DNA of 32,000 nt from Puniceicoccales bacterium. Lineage in GTDB: Bacteria; Verrucomicrobiota; Verrucomicrobiia; Opitutales; JAIRLG01. The stretch is taken from assembly GCA_031288595.1 (NCBI GenBank), contig JAITRB010000011.1:1-32000 (forward strand), read 5' to 3'. The translations under genes and the position numbers were made by a program. Below, in pieces: positions 9,240-16,930 of the stretch (positions within the stretch are counted from its first letter, which is position 1; each line of letters opens with the position of its first letter). The notes beneath the pieces were generated by a model, which was not told the DNA's origin, did no database searches, and worked only from the letters and a program-made list of their open reading frames with translations.

Positions 9240-9314
9240 TGGTGCCCCCACCCAGACTCGAACTGGGATTAACGGTTTAGGAAACCGCGGTTCTATCCAT
9301 TGAACTATGAGGAC
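9240..9314 (-). tRNA. tRNA-Arg (anticodon CCU), CCA encoded
   Basis: The reverse complement folds as GTCCTCA/TGGGGGC acceptor (two G:U), GTTC..GAAC D arm, GCGGT-ttCCTaa-ACCGT anticodon arm, CCCAG-TTCGAGT-CTGGG T arm, then ACCA. Confidence 0.88.
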
Positions 9315-9408
9315 ATGGGCCAAAATCCGCTCCAAGCGGAAATATCATCCGAAATACCCTGAGCAGAAATGTCATTCGAAATTATAAGGACTGTCGTTTT
9401 CCCAGAGC

Positions 9409-9484
<76 letters not shown>

Positions 9485-9558
9485 CTCCTGAGACGACAGG
9501 CATGCTTATCGCGTGCTTCCTGTTGGCAAGAATTTATTCCATCAAGGTTTTCCTCGCG

Positions 9559-11574
9559 CTACGCCGTAGCGCTCCTATCGAGATAATGCCCTGAACATCC
9601 GCAGCGATCTGCGACAGCCTGAGGCGGCCGACCGTTGATAAAATCATCCACTGAGCTGGTGTAGGCCATTTCCATATGAATATTGCAGGGGACACTGCTT
9701 TGCCGATCTTGTTGTCCAGGTTCCATTAGCGTATGCCTCACATTGAGTGCATTAACACTATGCGAAATAGTACACGAACCATCATCACCTATCTGCAGAG
9801 CAGCATGTATATGGTCCATCAAACCGAAGTCATATCGATTTTGAGCATTTCCTAAATGCTGAGAAGGAAGCACTGAAAAAGTACCAGATCCAGCCTGTCC
9901 TATGTAAGTTCTCAGAAAATTTTTCAGAACAGCAACGCGGTCGAGACCGTTTGCATTCGCCAATTGAGTGATCTGCTCCAAAATAAATTTTCGAGTCTCT
10001 TGTTTAGCGTTACTGCCGCGGGGCGATTCCAAGCTCTCTTTCCCTATGGTCAATGTGAAGGGACCGCGGAAAAGATCTATTTCGAAAAAACACTTTTCTG
10101 GGAAAACAGGCTTATCTTGTTTAAAAGTATCTTCCGTAATGGCGGTGTTCCAATCGATTTTGAAGTGTAAACTGTTCGATGAAATATACTTATCGCCCTT
10201 ATCATCCAGACGCCTCCCTTTGAGGGTTTCGTTTATATCTCTACAAAAAGCTTTCCCCAAGGGAGGGACCTTCTTCCGTGGTCCCAATGCCAATATAAGA
10301 TTACTTATTTCCGATGAGGTAGTGGCCAGGGTAGTCTCATTTTCTGCTCGTGCATTTTTTATATCAGCTCCTTCCCCTCGGGCAGTCTGAACTGCAGCTT
10401 GCTCTTCCAAGCCGTCAAACGCCGATACCAAAGATCGAATACTTCGATGTACATTTGTAGCTTGCCGTTTTACCGCTTCTTCGAAGCCCAGAGGCTCTCG
10501 TTGGAAAACCTCATCTGGCTCCCCCAGAGGGACTAGCTTTCCGCGGGCATCAAAAGCTCTCCCTTCCCCGCTGCGCATTATCTCGTTCAGGCTGTCGAGC
10601 TCAGCCGATAAGGCCTGGACTTGCTCTTTGATAGCATCTGTATCCGCAGCATCCGGAAGCCCTTGGAACCTGTTCTCCAGTCTCCTGAGTGTCAGATCAA
10701 GAGGAATGGGAGTCCCGTCGGACATCCTTTCTAGGGATGCACAAACCTCTCGACAGGCGTTCCGCCCACTTTTATAGCGATCTTTTTGCTCCGCTGTATC
10801 TCCTGGAATATCCGAGGAAGAAAATCCTGTGACTTGAGTTAGCGTCGACCTAGAGTCCTTCAGTTGCTGCTGAACACCTTGCAGGGACTCGGGGACTTCT
10901 TGAGCCTTGCTAAGCTGCTGTTTCAATTCTATGTCACGAGTAGCTAATGCATTCAATTTCTGAAATTTCTCGAAGAGTTGATTGAATTTCTGAAGTTTTT
11001 CTTCATTAACTTCACCATTGCCCAGGAGATAACGCGAGAGTGAATGGGCCAAATCGCTCTTGGGCGCGATGAGCTTTGCCAACCCGGGCAGAACTCCAAG
11101 CGTCACAATACTGCCGATCCAGCAGAGCACGCGCATACCCCAGATTTTAGCCTGGCCTTGGTTCTTGAAATCAGCCGAACGCTGAAGTTCTGCATGAAGT
11201 TCTGTGCCCTCGTCGACGAGCCGCCGGACGAGAACTGCAGAAATTTCTGTCCCGCCGGTTTCTCGGATTACATGTCGCGCCAAATCCTGCGTGATGAGAT
11301 GGATTGTCTGCTGAACGACAGCTCTATCTGCAGGGGCACGAGCGAGATCTTTTAAGCTCAATGTCCCCGACATAGCCGGCGGCTGGCTGGCAGCTTGGGC
11401 TCCCGACGGATTCCCGCCAGATTGCTGAAGCGCCGGCACTGCGCCTGTTCCGCTTGCTGCGATTGCTCCTGGCCGACTCCCAACTCCTTCTATTCTGCCT
11501 TCCATACCCTTCCCCTCAATTACCTCTACTTTGAGTTTAACATTTTCTTTCCCGTCGACAAGAAGTCTTTCCAT
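9559..11574 (-). CDS. large orphan protein: disordered N-terminus, one hydrophobic segment, long coiled-coil region, globular C-terminus
   Basis: 671-aa ORF with an ATG start and an AGGA about 13 nt upstream. GC is visibly lower than in neighbouring genes. It has a Gly/Ala/Ser/Pro-rich N-terminus, a hydrophobic stretch (IWGMRVLCWIGSIVTLGVLPGLAKLIA) and heptad-like helical segments. I recognise no family motif. Confidence 0.75.
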   Translation of the reverse strand: MERLLVDGKENVKLKVEVIEGKGMEGRIEGVGSRPGAIAASGTGAVPALQQSGGNPSGAQAASQPPAMSGTLSLKDLARAPADRAVVQQTIHLITQDLARHVIRETGGTEISAVLVRRLVDEGTELHAELQRSADFKNQGQAKIWGMRVLCWIGSIVTLGVLPGLAKLIAPKSDLAHSLSRYLLGNGEVNEEKLQKFNQLFEKFQKLNALATRDIELKQQLSKAQEVPESLQGVQQQLKDSRSTLTQVTGFSSSDIPGDTAEQKDRYKSGRNACREVCASLERMSDGTPIPLDLTLRRLENRFQGLPDAADTDAIKEQVQALSAELDSLNEIMRSGEGRAFDARGKLVPLGEPDEVFQREPLGFEEAVKRQATNVHRSIRSLVSAFDGLEEQAAVQTARGEGADIKNARAENETTLATTSSEISNLILALGPRKKVPPLGKAFCRDINETLKGRRLDDKGDKYISSNSLHFKIDWNTAITEDTFKQDKPVFPEKCFFEIDLFRGPFTLTIGKESLESPRGSNAKQETRKFILEQITQLANANGLDRVAVLKNFLRTYIGQAGSGTFSVLPSQHLGNAQNRYDFGLMDHIHAALQIGDDGSCTISHSVNALNVRHTLMEPGQQDRQSSVPCNIHMEMAYTSSVDDFINGRPPQAVADRCGCSGHYLDRSATA

Positions 11575-11621
11575 TGCGCGGATTTTTCCTATGCTAGCCG
11601 CTAAGGGAGAGTGGATGGGAC

Positions 11622-12578
11622 ATGCACATTGAAAATCTGAGAATATTTCTGGATCTCGTGGAGAGTGAGAGCTTCTCGCACGCGGCTAGAATGAACCGCA
11701 TGACGCAGTCAGCCGTCAGTCAAAAGCTCCGGTCGATGGAGAAATATTTCAATATCCACATCGTCGATCGAGAGAAGAAGCGCTTTCACTTGACCCCTGA
11801 AGGACAACGCCTCTACCACTGGGCCAAGCAGATGTTGCGGGATTACAACGAGCTCCTGACAGATGTACAGGAATTCAAGACCCACATCTCGGGTGATCTC
11901 ATGATCGCCGCCAGCTACGATGTCGGCTCTTATATCCTGCCGCGCTACCTCCGCGATTTCTTTCGGGCCTTCCCCAGCGTGCAGGTGCGAATGGACTTCT
12001 TTCGGCACTCGCTTGTCTGGAATGCCGTCCATTCCAACATCGCCGATGTCGGTTTTGTCTCACTGCCCCAGAACCATGACGACATCGAAGCCCGAAATTT
12101 CGCCGAGGAGGAACTCGTCGTCATCGCATCGCCTGAGGATAATCACTGGTCGACGGGATCCCTGCCGGTAAAAGCCCTCGATCAGGCCGCGTGGATCTGC
12201 TTCGGCCAGGGCCATCCCCTTCGCATCTGGTCGGACTTCTTCTGCTTGCAACACCGGGTTCAGCCGAAGATCGTCAAGGAACTAGCGCACATCGAGCTGG
12301 TGAAATGGGCCGTCGAGGCCGCCCAGGGGATCGCAATCGTTCCGCGGTCGAGCGTGCAGCGGGAAAGTGAGCAGCATCGCCTGAAGGCCCTGTCCCTCGA
12401 TGGTCTGTCGCTGCGCATTCCCATCGCCGTCATCCGCAAGACCAGTCGCTTCATGACGCCCTGCGTCCGGAGCCTGCTGGCCCTTCTGACCGGTGACATC
12501 CGCATGCTGCCCCGAGCGATCCAGAAGGAATTCCAAGAAGCGGCGCAAGAGAAGCATCCACCGTTCCCTTCGGCATGA
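11622..12578 (+). CDS. LysR-family transcriptional regulator
   Basis: N-terminal winged HTH (FSHAARMNRMTQSAVSQKLRSMEKYF) followed by a LysR-type substrate-binding domain. It is divergent from the 671-aa gene across a 47-bp spacer. Confidence 0.88.
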   Translation: MHIENLRIFLDLVESESFSHAARMNRMTQSAVSQKLRSMEKYFNIHIVDREKKRFHLTPEGQRLYHWAKQMLRDYNELLTDVQEFKTHISGDLMIAASYDVGSYILPRYLRDFFRAFPSVQVRMDFFRHSLVWNAVHSNIADVGFVSLPQNHDDIEARNFAEEELVVIASPEDNHWSTGSLPVKALDQAAWICFGQGHPLRIWSDFFCLQHRVQPKIVKELAHIELVKWAVEAAQGIAIVPRSSVQRESEQHRLKALSLDGLSLRIPIAVIRKTSRFMTPCVRSLLALLTGDIRMLPRAIQKEFQEAAQEKHPPFPSA

Positions 12579-13285
12579 GCGTCAGGGCGCGCAGTTCGTC
12601 CCAGGATGGCCATCGCCGCCACCTGCGCGAACGCTTTTTAAAACACGGCCTGCGCGGATTTGCCGACTACGAGAAAATCGAAATCCTCCTGACCCTATGC
12701 CTGCCACGGCGAGATGTGAAGCCGTTGGCCAAAATGCTCCTGGAACGCTTCGGTTCCTTAAAAGGTATTCTGGAAGCAACGGCGGAGGAATTGCAGGAAA
12801 TGCCCGGTATCGGCACGGTCGTGCCGACGGCCTTTCAGATCATTCGCCAAGCGGTGGAGCTCTATCTGGAGGAGCAGGCGGAAAACAGAATACTCCTGAG
12901 CAACAGCACAGCCGTTGAGCATTATTGGCGCGTGCGCTTTGGGGGAATCCGCTATGAAGTCTTCGAGATAGCGCTATTGGACAGCCAGTTGCGCCTCCTG
13001 AAGGATGGAATCCATTCGTTGGAGGAAGGTACCGTCGACCGCGTGATCGTGTGGCCGAGAAAGGTCATGGAAGTCGCCCTGCAGTTCGGCGCATCGGCCT
13101 TCATCGTCGCCCATAATCACCCGTCGGATGATCCCTCTCCTTCCTCCCAGGACCAGCTCCTGACCCGGAAAATTTTAGAGGCGGCCGAAAGTCTGGGCCT
13201 CCGCTTCATCGATCATCTGATCTTTGGCGGGACGCGATGCCATTCGATGCGACGGGACGGGAACCAGGCGATAAAATTCCACTGA
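12575..13285 (+). CDS. radC: RadC-like JAB-domain protein
   Basis: N-terminal HhH region (LLERFGSLKGILEATAEELQEMPGIG) and a C-terminal JAB/MPN motif (FIVAHNHPSDDPSPSSQD). The ATG overlaps the lysR stop (ATGA). Confidence 0.85.
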   Translation: MSVRARSSSQDGHRRHLRERFLKHGLRGFADYEKIEILLTLCLPRRDVKPLAKMLLERFGSLKGILEATAEELQEMPGIGTVVPTAFQIIRQAVELYLEEQAENRILLSNSTAVEHYWRVRFGGIRYEVFEIALLDSQLRLLKDGIHSLEEGTVDRVIVWPRKVMEVALQFGASAFIVAHNHPSDDPSPSSQDQLLTRKILEAAESLGLRFIDHLIFGGTRCHSMRRDGNQAIKFH

Positions 13286-13296
13286 AAATGGGATTT

Positions 13297-13662
13297 TCAC
13301 AGCGCTTTTCGATGATCCAGGATTTTGTCGATGTAAGACCGTAGCAGCCGCAGCTGTTGGGATTCCTTTGTCCGGAGCAGGTCGGCGACATGCCGCAAGA
13401 AATCCACCGGTTCGAAGTTAGCCGTCTCCAGAAGGTAGAGCAAAATCCCCTCCCGATGGATGCGGTAGGAGTGGCGCTTTTCCTGGCCTTTGGGAGTACG
13501 CCCATTCAGAATGTGACCGAGAATTTTCTGGTTATCGAAGGCGTCGCGTACGTATTGGTCCGTCTTGCCGATGATCAGGGCGACCTCTCTCGGCGAGAAC
13601 CATTCTTGACCTTCGGGGAGCATAAAATCAAAATAGGTGAGGCGGGTGGTGATCATGGCCAT
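13297..13662 (-). CDS. small HTH DNA-binding protein (excisionase/MerR-like HTH)
   Basis: 121 aa. FSPREVALIIGKTDQYVRDAFDNQKILG looks like an excisionase-family HTH. The ATG immediately follows the TAA of the upstream 88-aa ORF. Confidence 0.6.
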   Translation of the reverse strand: MAMITTRLTYFDFMLPEGQEWFSPREVALIIGKTDQYVRDAFDNQKILGHILNGRTPKGQEKRHSYRIHREGILLYLLETANFEPVDFLRHVADLLRTKESQQLRLLRSYIDKILDHRKAL

Positions 13663-13929
13663 TTATGGAAGGGTATTCGCGCTCATACCGAGTTTCAGGT
13701 TTTTGAACTTTTGCTCGAGCAGGCGCAGTTCCTGCAGGTGGTTCTGGAGCTGGCGAGAGATATGTTCGTCGGGCAGCAGTTCCGACATGGTTTCGTACAG
13801 CTCGATGCGCTTTTTCAGCGGTTCATCTTCGAGTTTTTCGAAGACGAAGGCCATTAATCGACATATTTCCTTGCGTCCCATCAGATGTCCTAAGATGAAT
13901 GGTGAATGCCGCTGTTCTACGGGAAGCAT
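13663..13929 (-). CDS. small helical hypothetical protein
   Basis: 88 aa with a strong SD (GGGAGGA) about 7 nt upstream of the ATG. It is tightly coupled to the downstream HTH gene. No motif recognised. Confidence 0.55.
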   Translation of the reverse strand: MLPVEQRHSPFILGHLMGRKEICRLMAFVFEKLEDEPLKKRIELYETMSELLPDEHISRQLQNHLQELRLLEQKFKNLKLGMSANTLP

Positions 13930-13954
13930 CCTCTATCCTCCCACAGTTCACGAC

Positions 13955-14021
13955 AAGTGTAAATTTTACACTTGATGACTTATAAATCAAACAAATTCTA
14001 CTTCAAATGTAAAAATTACAT
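13955..14021. promoter_or_regulatory. AT-rich divergent promoter region with two related inverted repeats (candidate operators)
   Basis: AAGTGTAAA-t-TTTACACTT at 13955-13973 (9-bp arms) and ATGTAA-aaa-TTACAT at 14007-14021 share the TGTAA(A)..(T)TTACA core. They lie between the divergent 88-aa/121-aa operon and the XRE gene. Confidence 0.6.
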
Positions 14022-14032
14022 AGAAATTTCCG

Positions 14033-14530
14033 ATGAAAATTTCTGAAGAGGAGAAAAGGGAGAAACGCGAGAGCTTTGGGCTGAGGTTCCGCCTGCTCAT
14101 GGGTTACCACAACCTGACGCTCAAGGACATCGCCGCCGCGACGCAGAATGCGATTTCCACTGTCAGTACCTGGAAAAATGGCCGTATTCCCTCCTCTCCT
14201 GAGACGATCAAATGCCTGGCGAAACAGTTCCGTGTCAGCCCGGCCTTCCTCCTCTGCGGCTGCCATAACCATGTTCAGGGCCCCTTTCAGCGCGACTGGG
14301 AAGCTGTGTCCGCCTGTGTAGAGGGAAAAGCGGAAACAGATAAGCTCCCCTGCCCTGCCCCTCCTCTGTTGGCGGAGCAGATCTTGGCCCATCTAGAAGC
14401 CTACATCCGCAAGGCCTCAGCTTTTCCCTATCTTCTGGAACATCTGTGGATCCAGCTCCAAAAGGAGTTCCCCCTGGGGGACATCCCAGCTGCTCCGGAA
14501 GCGGGAGTGAATTTTTCCAAAAAAAATTGA
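14033..14530 (+). CDS. XRE-family HTH transcriptional regulator with C-terminal extension
   Basis: 165 aa. FGLRFRLLMGYHNLTLKDIAAATQNAISTVSTWKNGRIPSSPETIKCLAKQFRVSPAFLL fits the Cro/CI-type HTH pattern. No obvious SD, so it may be short-leadered. Confidence 0.75.
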   Translation: MKISEEEKREKRESFGLRFRLLMGYHNLTLKDIAAATQNAISTVSTWKNGRIPSSPETIKCLAKQFRVSPAFLLCGCHNHVQGPFQRDWEAVSACVEGKAETDKLPCPAPPLLAEQILAHLEAYIRKASAFPYLLEHLWIQLQKEFPLGDIPAAPEAGVNFSKKN

Positions 14531-14597
14531 ACGAAAGGAGAGGTTACTTCGTCTTATATAACGAAACCAGCGTTTCATATGGTTTTGTGGTTTGGAT

Positions 14598-14630
14598 CCG
14601 GTCACCTTCCCAGGTGGCCGGGTCTTTTTC
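14598..14630 (+). terminator. intrinsic terminator downstream of the XRE gene
   Basis: CCGGTCACC-ttccca-GGTGGCCGG (one G:U) followed by GTCTTTTTC. Confidence 0.6.
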
Positions 14631-14652
14631 TGAGGGTTGCTCGCTTTAGGAT

Positions 14653-15462
14653 TTACTCGTCCCGATCGTGCCAGCGGCAATCCGCAAGGGCTGAGGCAGG
14701 ACCGGTTTGATGGAGTACTCCCTGCGCGTCCTGATGTACGAGCAGGCTTCCGCCGGGCATGTGAAGATTGACGCTGTCGTCGCAAAGACCGAGCTTGTGG
14801 GCGACGGCAAAAGCAGCACAGGCACTGGAACCGGAAGCTAGGGTGTAGCCGGCTCCGCGCTCCCAAATCTGCAGCTCGATGTTCTTGCGGTCGCGCACGC
14901 GGATGAACTGCACATTCGTCTTCTGGGGGAAGAGAGGATGATTTTCGATCCGTGGGCCGTAGTGCCGGATGGCTTCCGGATCGATCACGGGAGAGCAGAT
15001 GACCGCATGGGGATTGCCCATAGAGACGGCATGCACTTCCAATGACTGTCCCTCCAAGTGGAGGAGCTGGTCGCAGGGCGATGGCAGCTGAAGGGTGTTC
15101 CATTGGGGAAGGCCCATTCTCGTCGTGATGTCGGTGTTGCCGGCATGACGGAAGCAGAGGACCTCGCCGGAGGGAACGCGAACGCTCAGAGAACTGGCCC
15201 GGCTGTAGCACTTATCCCAGAGAAAGCGCGCGAAGATGCGGATCCCATTGCCGCTCTTCTCCGCCTCCGAGCCATCCGGATTGAAAATTCTCAGCGGAAA
15301 GCAGTTGTTTTCCCTTTCGCCGCCGTAGAGCAGGCCATCCGAACCGATGCCGAAGTGCCGGTCGCAGACGCGGACGATGCTCTCCTTTGACGGCAGGGGA
15401 TTTTTTCTGGCATCCAGGACGAGGTAGTCGTTGCCGAGTGCGGTGTATTTATAAAAGAGCAT
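14653..15462 (-). CDS. dapF: diaminopimelate-epimerase-family protein with Ser at both catalytic Cys positions
   Basis: 269 aa with motifs YKYTALGNDYLVLD, IFNPDGSEAEKSGNGIRIFARF, VSMGNPHAV and WERGAGYTLASGSSACAAFAVA. It is collinear with E. coli DapF as remembered, but both active-site Cys positions are Ser. Confidence 0.8.
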   Translation of the reverse strand: MLFYKYTALGNDYLVLDARKNPLPSKESIVRVCDRHFGIGSDGLLYGGERENNCFPLRIFNPDGSEAEKSGNGIRIFARFLWDKCYSRASSLSVRVPSGEVLCFRHAGNTDITTRMGLPQWNTLQLPSPCDQLLHLEGQSLEVHAVSMGNPHAVICSPVIDPEAIRHYGPRIENHPLFPQKTNVQFIRVRDRKNIELQIWERGAGYTLASGSSACAAFAVAHKLGLCDDSVNLHMPGGSLLVHQDAQGVLHQTGPASALADCRWHDRDE

Positions 15463-15511
15463 GTGCTTGAACCCAAGCTAAGCGCGAGGGTAAAGCTGAC
15501 AAGTCCGGAGA

Positions 15512-15559
15512 AATTGCGCTTGCTCTAGAATTGCGCTTGTTCTAGAAGAAATTTCTTCG
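15512..15559. repeat. 17-bp tandem direct repeat plus adjacent 14-bp perfect palindrome in the dapF/MFS divergent promoter region
   Basis: AATTGCGCTTGCTCTAG (15512-15528) and AATTGCGCTTGTTCTAG (15529-15545) are followed by GAAGAAATTTCTTC (15546-15559). Confidence 0.7.
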
Positions 15560-15576
15560 TAAATGAAGAGGCTTTT

Positions 15577-16869
15577 ATGATCCCAGATTGCTCTTCGGAA
15601 AAAAACGCAAATCGCATCTCCGGGCATTCTTGGCTGAACTTGAGCCTCTGTACCTTCGTCATCGTGTGCAGCGCACCCGGGCACAGCAGCGGGCTCTGTG
15701 CCTTCACGGAACCGCTGCTGCGGGACACTCCCCTCACGCGGCAGGACTTCAGCTCGATCTATGCTCTGGCGACCGTGTTGGCGGCCTGCTTGACCGCCTG
15801 GGGAGGACGGCAGTGCGACCGGTTCGGAATGCGAAGAGTGCTGCTCGGCTCCTTCTTCGCCTTTGGTCTGGTCCTCCTGCTGCTGAGCGGCTTACCGCTC
15901 GGATACCGCTGTTTCTCGGCCATCGGCCACAAGCTCTACTGGGGCGTCGGTCTGGCCCTGGGTTTCGCCGGACTCAAATTCCTCGGCCACAACCTGATTC
16001 CCCTGAGCTCTCGAGCCATCTACATCCAGTGGTTTCCTGGGCATCGCTCGTTGGCCGTGGGCTGTTCAGGCCTCCTTGTGACCTTCTTCTTCGGCCTTGC
16101 GGCGAAGAGTTTCGACTGGGGCATCGGGCGCTATGGTTGGCAATGGGTCTGGGGGGCCTGGGGCCTTCTGTCCTGGTTCCTCGTCCTGCCTGTGATTTTC
16201 CTTGGCCTCCGCGAACGGGGCCACGGCGTCTCTTCAAAATCCCCCTCTGTTCCCTCGGCGGAGGGCCAAGCCCCTGCAGCTTCCTTTTTTCAAACGGTCG
16301 TCGCGTCCTGGGAATTCTGGATGCTCTCGTTCGGCGTGACCTTGCAGCTCCTGATCGCCCATGGGATTTCCCTGCACATCGTCGACATCTACCGCGAGCT
16401 CCGACCGGAATTTCAGCGGGTCTTCGACATTTTCATCCCCATCGGCATCATCGGAGCGCTCAGCGGTTTCCTCTGGGGTTGCCTGCTGGACAGGATTTCC
16501 ATGAAACACGGGCTACTGCTGCTCTATGCCCTGCAATTCACCCTATTGGGTTCCTTCTTCATCCCCTCGATGAAGGCCAGTTCTGCCTTCTTTGTCCTGG
16601 CTATGGGGAGTTCCTGGAGCCTCTACGGCATTCTTCTGACCGCCGCCTGGCCGCGCTTCGTTCCGGTGAGCTATCAGGGGCGCACATGGGGATGGGTCTA
16701 TGCCCAAGCCATGCTGGGCAGTGCCGCCGGCCCCTGGATCTTCAGCGCCTCCCGCCTACATGGGGGCAGTTACCTTCCGGCCATGCGTTGGCTGATGTTC
16801 AGCGTAGTCACCCTGGCCGTGCTGAGCTTTTGCTGCGTCCGGAGAGAGGTTCTGGCGCCAAAGGCCTGA
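15577..16869 (+). CDS. MFS transporter
   Basis: 430 aa with about 12 hydrophobic helices and an MFS loop signature (GGRQCDRFGMRR) between TM2 and TM3. Confidence 0.8.
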   Translation: MIPDCSSEKNANRISGHSWLNLSLCTFVIVCSAPGHSSGLCAFTEPLLRDTPLTRQDFSSIYALATVLAACLTAWGGRQCDRFGMRRVLLGSFFAFGLVLLLLSGLPLGYRCFSAIGHKLYWGVGLALGFAGLKFLGHNLIPLSSRAIYIQWFPGHRSLAVGCSGLLVTFFFGLAAKSFDWGIGRYGWQWVWGAWGLLSWFLVLPVIFLGLRERGHGVSSKSPSVPSAEGQAPAASFFQTVVASWEFWMLSFGVTLQLLIAHGISLHIVDIYRELRPEFQRVFDIFIPIGIIGALSGFLWGCLLDRISMKHGLLLLYALQFTLLGSFFIPSMKASSAFFVLAMGSSWSLYGILLTAAWPRFVPVSYQGRTWGWVYAQAMLGSAAGPWIFSASRLHGGSYLPAMRWLMFSVVTLAVLSFCCVRREVLAPKA

Positions 16870-16930
16870 GGCATGGCAGACGAAACCGAGAGAGGAAAGC
16901 GAGGGGGCAACGGAGACGCGTATTAGTGCT

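Noticed and set aside
9339-9384. Imperfect 19-nt direct repeat between tRNA-Arg and tRNA-Lys as an att site
   Set aside because: Identity is about 15/19 and there is no partner elsewhere in the window. It is more likely processing-spacer sequence within a tRNA co-transcript.
14417-15211. 264-aa minus-strand ORF overlapping the dapF-like gene and the XRE gene 3' end
   Set aside because: It is an out-of-frame, Arg/Ser/Pro-rich translation. The dapF frame carries all the family motifs.
15512-15545. Possible CRISPR-like repeats (also 18503-18538)
   Set aside because: There are only two head-to-tail copies with no spacers, and the units are short (17-18 bp). No cas genes lie in the window.
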